Source: a virus | Lineage: Duplodnaviria > Caudoviricetes | Virus record (IMG/VR): IMGVR_UViG_3300020045_008761 | Location: 1 to 35,490 of that record | Direction: 5' to 3' (one strand) | Length of the DNA stretch: 35,490 bases | In this document: positions 34,120 through 35,490 of the stretch, piece after piece | How positions within the stretch are numbered: the stretch's first letter is position 1 | How the letters are laid out: every line of letters starts with the position of its first letter | Notes under the pieces: model-generated | Database searches by the model: none | The model's input: only the letters and a program-made list of their open reading frames with translations | What the model was told of the DNA's origin: nothing | Translations under genes and position numbers: made by a program

Positions 34120-34749
34120 TTATTTTTGAGCTTTTTGTCTAGCTTTTAGTACGTCCTCTTTCGTTAAATTGAAAGGTGGTCGCATCATAGAGGCTTCTTC
34201 AGGAGTGGCTTCAAAATGAGCTTCATGATTACCTGGATTGCCTGAGCCGGTTCCGATAGGAGTGGCTGGAGTTTTCCTAGCAATTTCAGTAGCTATTTGA
34301 GCGTTCTTCACTGAATTGACAATCGCTCTGGCAAGTTTTAAATCTTCGGCAGGATTACCTGTTGGCTTGATTGAGTTGTTGATGTGGTATTTCGTGAGTT
34401 CACGCTCTACCTCATTTGGAATCTCATCAGCCAAATTGATAGCGGTTTTCTGGGCTTTCTCGCTTTCTAGTTGTCTCCACTTGGAAACAGTGAGAGGCTC
34501 ATCGTCCGTACCTTCAGGTTGCGGTTCTTCTATCCCTTGTTCTTTTTGGAGCTTCTTTATTTGAAATTCCACTTCTCTCTTTTTATGGAGAGCTCGTTCA
34601 AGTTCAGATGTACCTTCCTTCTTAGACTTAACTCTGTCTAATTCGACTTTCAAAGGGTCTTGCGGGGTTTCAGGAGTAACTTCAGGAGTCTCCTTCTTCT
34701 CCTCCGGCTGTGCTCCGGCTTCTGGCACAGATTTATTTTTGTCTTCCAT
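34120..34749 (-). CDS. Capsid scaffolding protein
   Basis: Acidic Pro/Glu N-terminus, coiled coil, basic C-terminal helix, position. Confidence 0.75.
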   Translation of the reverse strand: MEDKNKSVPEAGAQPEEKKETPEVTPETPQDPLKVELDRVKSKKEGTSELERALHKKREVEFQIKKLQKEQGIEEPQPEGTDDEPLTVSKWRQLESEKAQKTAINLADEIPNEVERELTKYHINNSIKPTGNPAEDLKLARAIVNSVKNAQIATEIARKTPATPIGTGSGNPGNHEAHFEATPEEASMMRPPFNLTKEDVLKARQKAQK

Positions 34750-34787
34750 CGTAATTAAAGTCTACGCTACTTTTTATAAAAACCATC

Positions 34788-35189
34788 TCATTCAAAGGAT
34801 GAGCTCCTTTCGCCAGTCAGAATCTTGATTACTTCTTCTTCTTGATCTCCCCACCAAAGGGCAGATTTGGCGAACAACATTTGCTCAGGTAACTCGGCTT
34901 GGTGTATTCCGTGCGTTATAGCAGCGAATTTCACCTGTTCTCTTATTACCTTCCGAGCATAGTTATTCATCAAACCTTTTGCTGAATCACGAAGCTTAGA
35001 AGCGGTCTCGAAGTCTAAAGGGCGATTGTTAATGAGAAGTGTGCCTTCATCATTAACTTTAATTATATCATACAGTGGTAAAGCATCCAAGTTTTCAAGT
35101 ATTTCGTTTGTTAAAATAAGCCTATTTTTCAAGGAAAACTTACTTTTTAACAGCCACTTGACAAGTTTTATTCTTAACCACTCAAACAT
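34788..35189 (-). CDS. Hypothetical head-module protein
   Basis: 133-aa ORF upstream of the scaffold gene. Confidence 0.75.
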   Translation of the reverse strand: MFEWLRIKLVKWLLKSKFSLKNRLILTNEILENLDALPLYDIIKVNDEGTLLINNRPLDFETASKLRDSAKGLMNNYARKVIREQVKFAAITHGIHQAELPEQMLFAKSALWWGDQEEEVIKILTGERSSSFE

Positions 35190-35191
35190 AA

Positions 35192-35386
35192 TTATTTTTT
35201 CTTACTTTTACTCACTTTCTTTGGTTTTTCAACCACTTTTTCAACGACAGGAATATCAATTACAACTCCCAAATGCCTCACATACTCCGCTTTTACATCT
35301 TCTTCTGTAAAGTTAGGGTTTGCTGTTCTACAAGTAGCGATAGCTTGTTGTAGTTTTGACTTATTTTGTCCCCATTTATAATCCAT
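35192..35386 (-). CDS. Small protein with Lys-rich tail
   Basis: 64-aa ORF, packed. Confidence 0.65.
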   Translation of the reverse strand: MDYKWGQNKSKLQQAIATCRTANPNFTEEDVKAEYVRHLGVVIDIPVVEKVVEKPKKVSKSKKK

Positions 35387-35407
35387 AAGATTAAAATTAA
35401 CTAATAA

Positions 35408-35490
35408 TTACGCTCTTTTCTTGACGACCTTTTTCTTACCTTTTGTTGCGATTTTCTGGTGCAAAGGTAGTTTTTTGGCTACTTTTTTCA
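35408..35490 (-). CDS. Very basic short peptide, start at or beyond the window edge
   Basis: ...KKVAKKLPLHQKIATKGKKKVVKKRA-stop. Confidence 0.45.
   Translation of the reverse strand, partial: KKVAKKLPLHQKIATKGKKKVVKKRA

Noticed and set aside
870-35310. Numerous + strand ORFs of 60-145 aa in the ORF track
   Set aside because: They are antisense shadows of well-supported minus-strand genes, without motifs; only 20828-21328 and 21339-21623 look real
1-35490. Stop-codon reassignment
   Set aside because: Long genes are intact in the standard code, and TAA, TAG and TGA all end genes at tight junctions

Overview
AT-rich segment of a tailed dsDNA (pro)phage with podovirus-like gene order, transcribed almost entirely on the minus strand. 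From right to left it holds: scaffold, capsid-associated and major capsid genes; adaptor and nozzle-like tail genes; two large internal/ejection-type proteins; fibre-like proteins; a lysis module with three Cys-His hydrolase-like genes and a holin-like gene; a GC-richer three-to-four-gene cassette; two DNA methyltransferases; a non-coding control region; many small early/middle genes; a resolvase-like nuclease; and a phage-borne GroEL-like chaperonin. Terminase, portal and integrase are not in the window. Scarce Shine-Dalgarno sites and ASST/ATTT-rich exported proteins suggest a Patescibacteria (CPR)-like host, which is inference only. The most unusual points are: (1) at least seven genes inside the virion module start with signal peptides or anchors; (2) an intact HNH endonuclease is overprinted in the +1 frame inside a methyltransferase; (3) a second HNH cassette is inserted antisense in the large virion gene, bridged by a 290-codon ORF with identical 9-bp junctions; (4) six promoters carry a DnaA-box-like site in the same orientation; (5) several structured 5' leaders occur, including a fourU-thermometer-like hairpin on groEL; (6) a repeat-delimited small-gene array carries Met-X-stop minigenes. 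All calls are by eye; no searches or folding programs were run.
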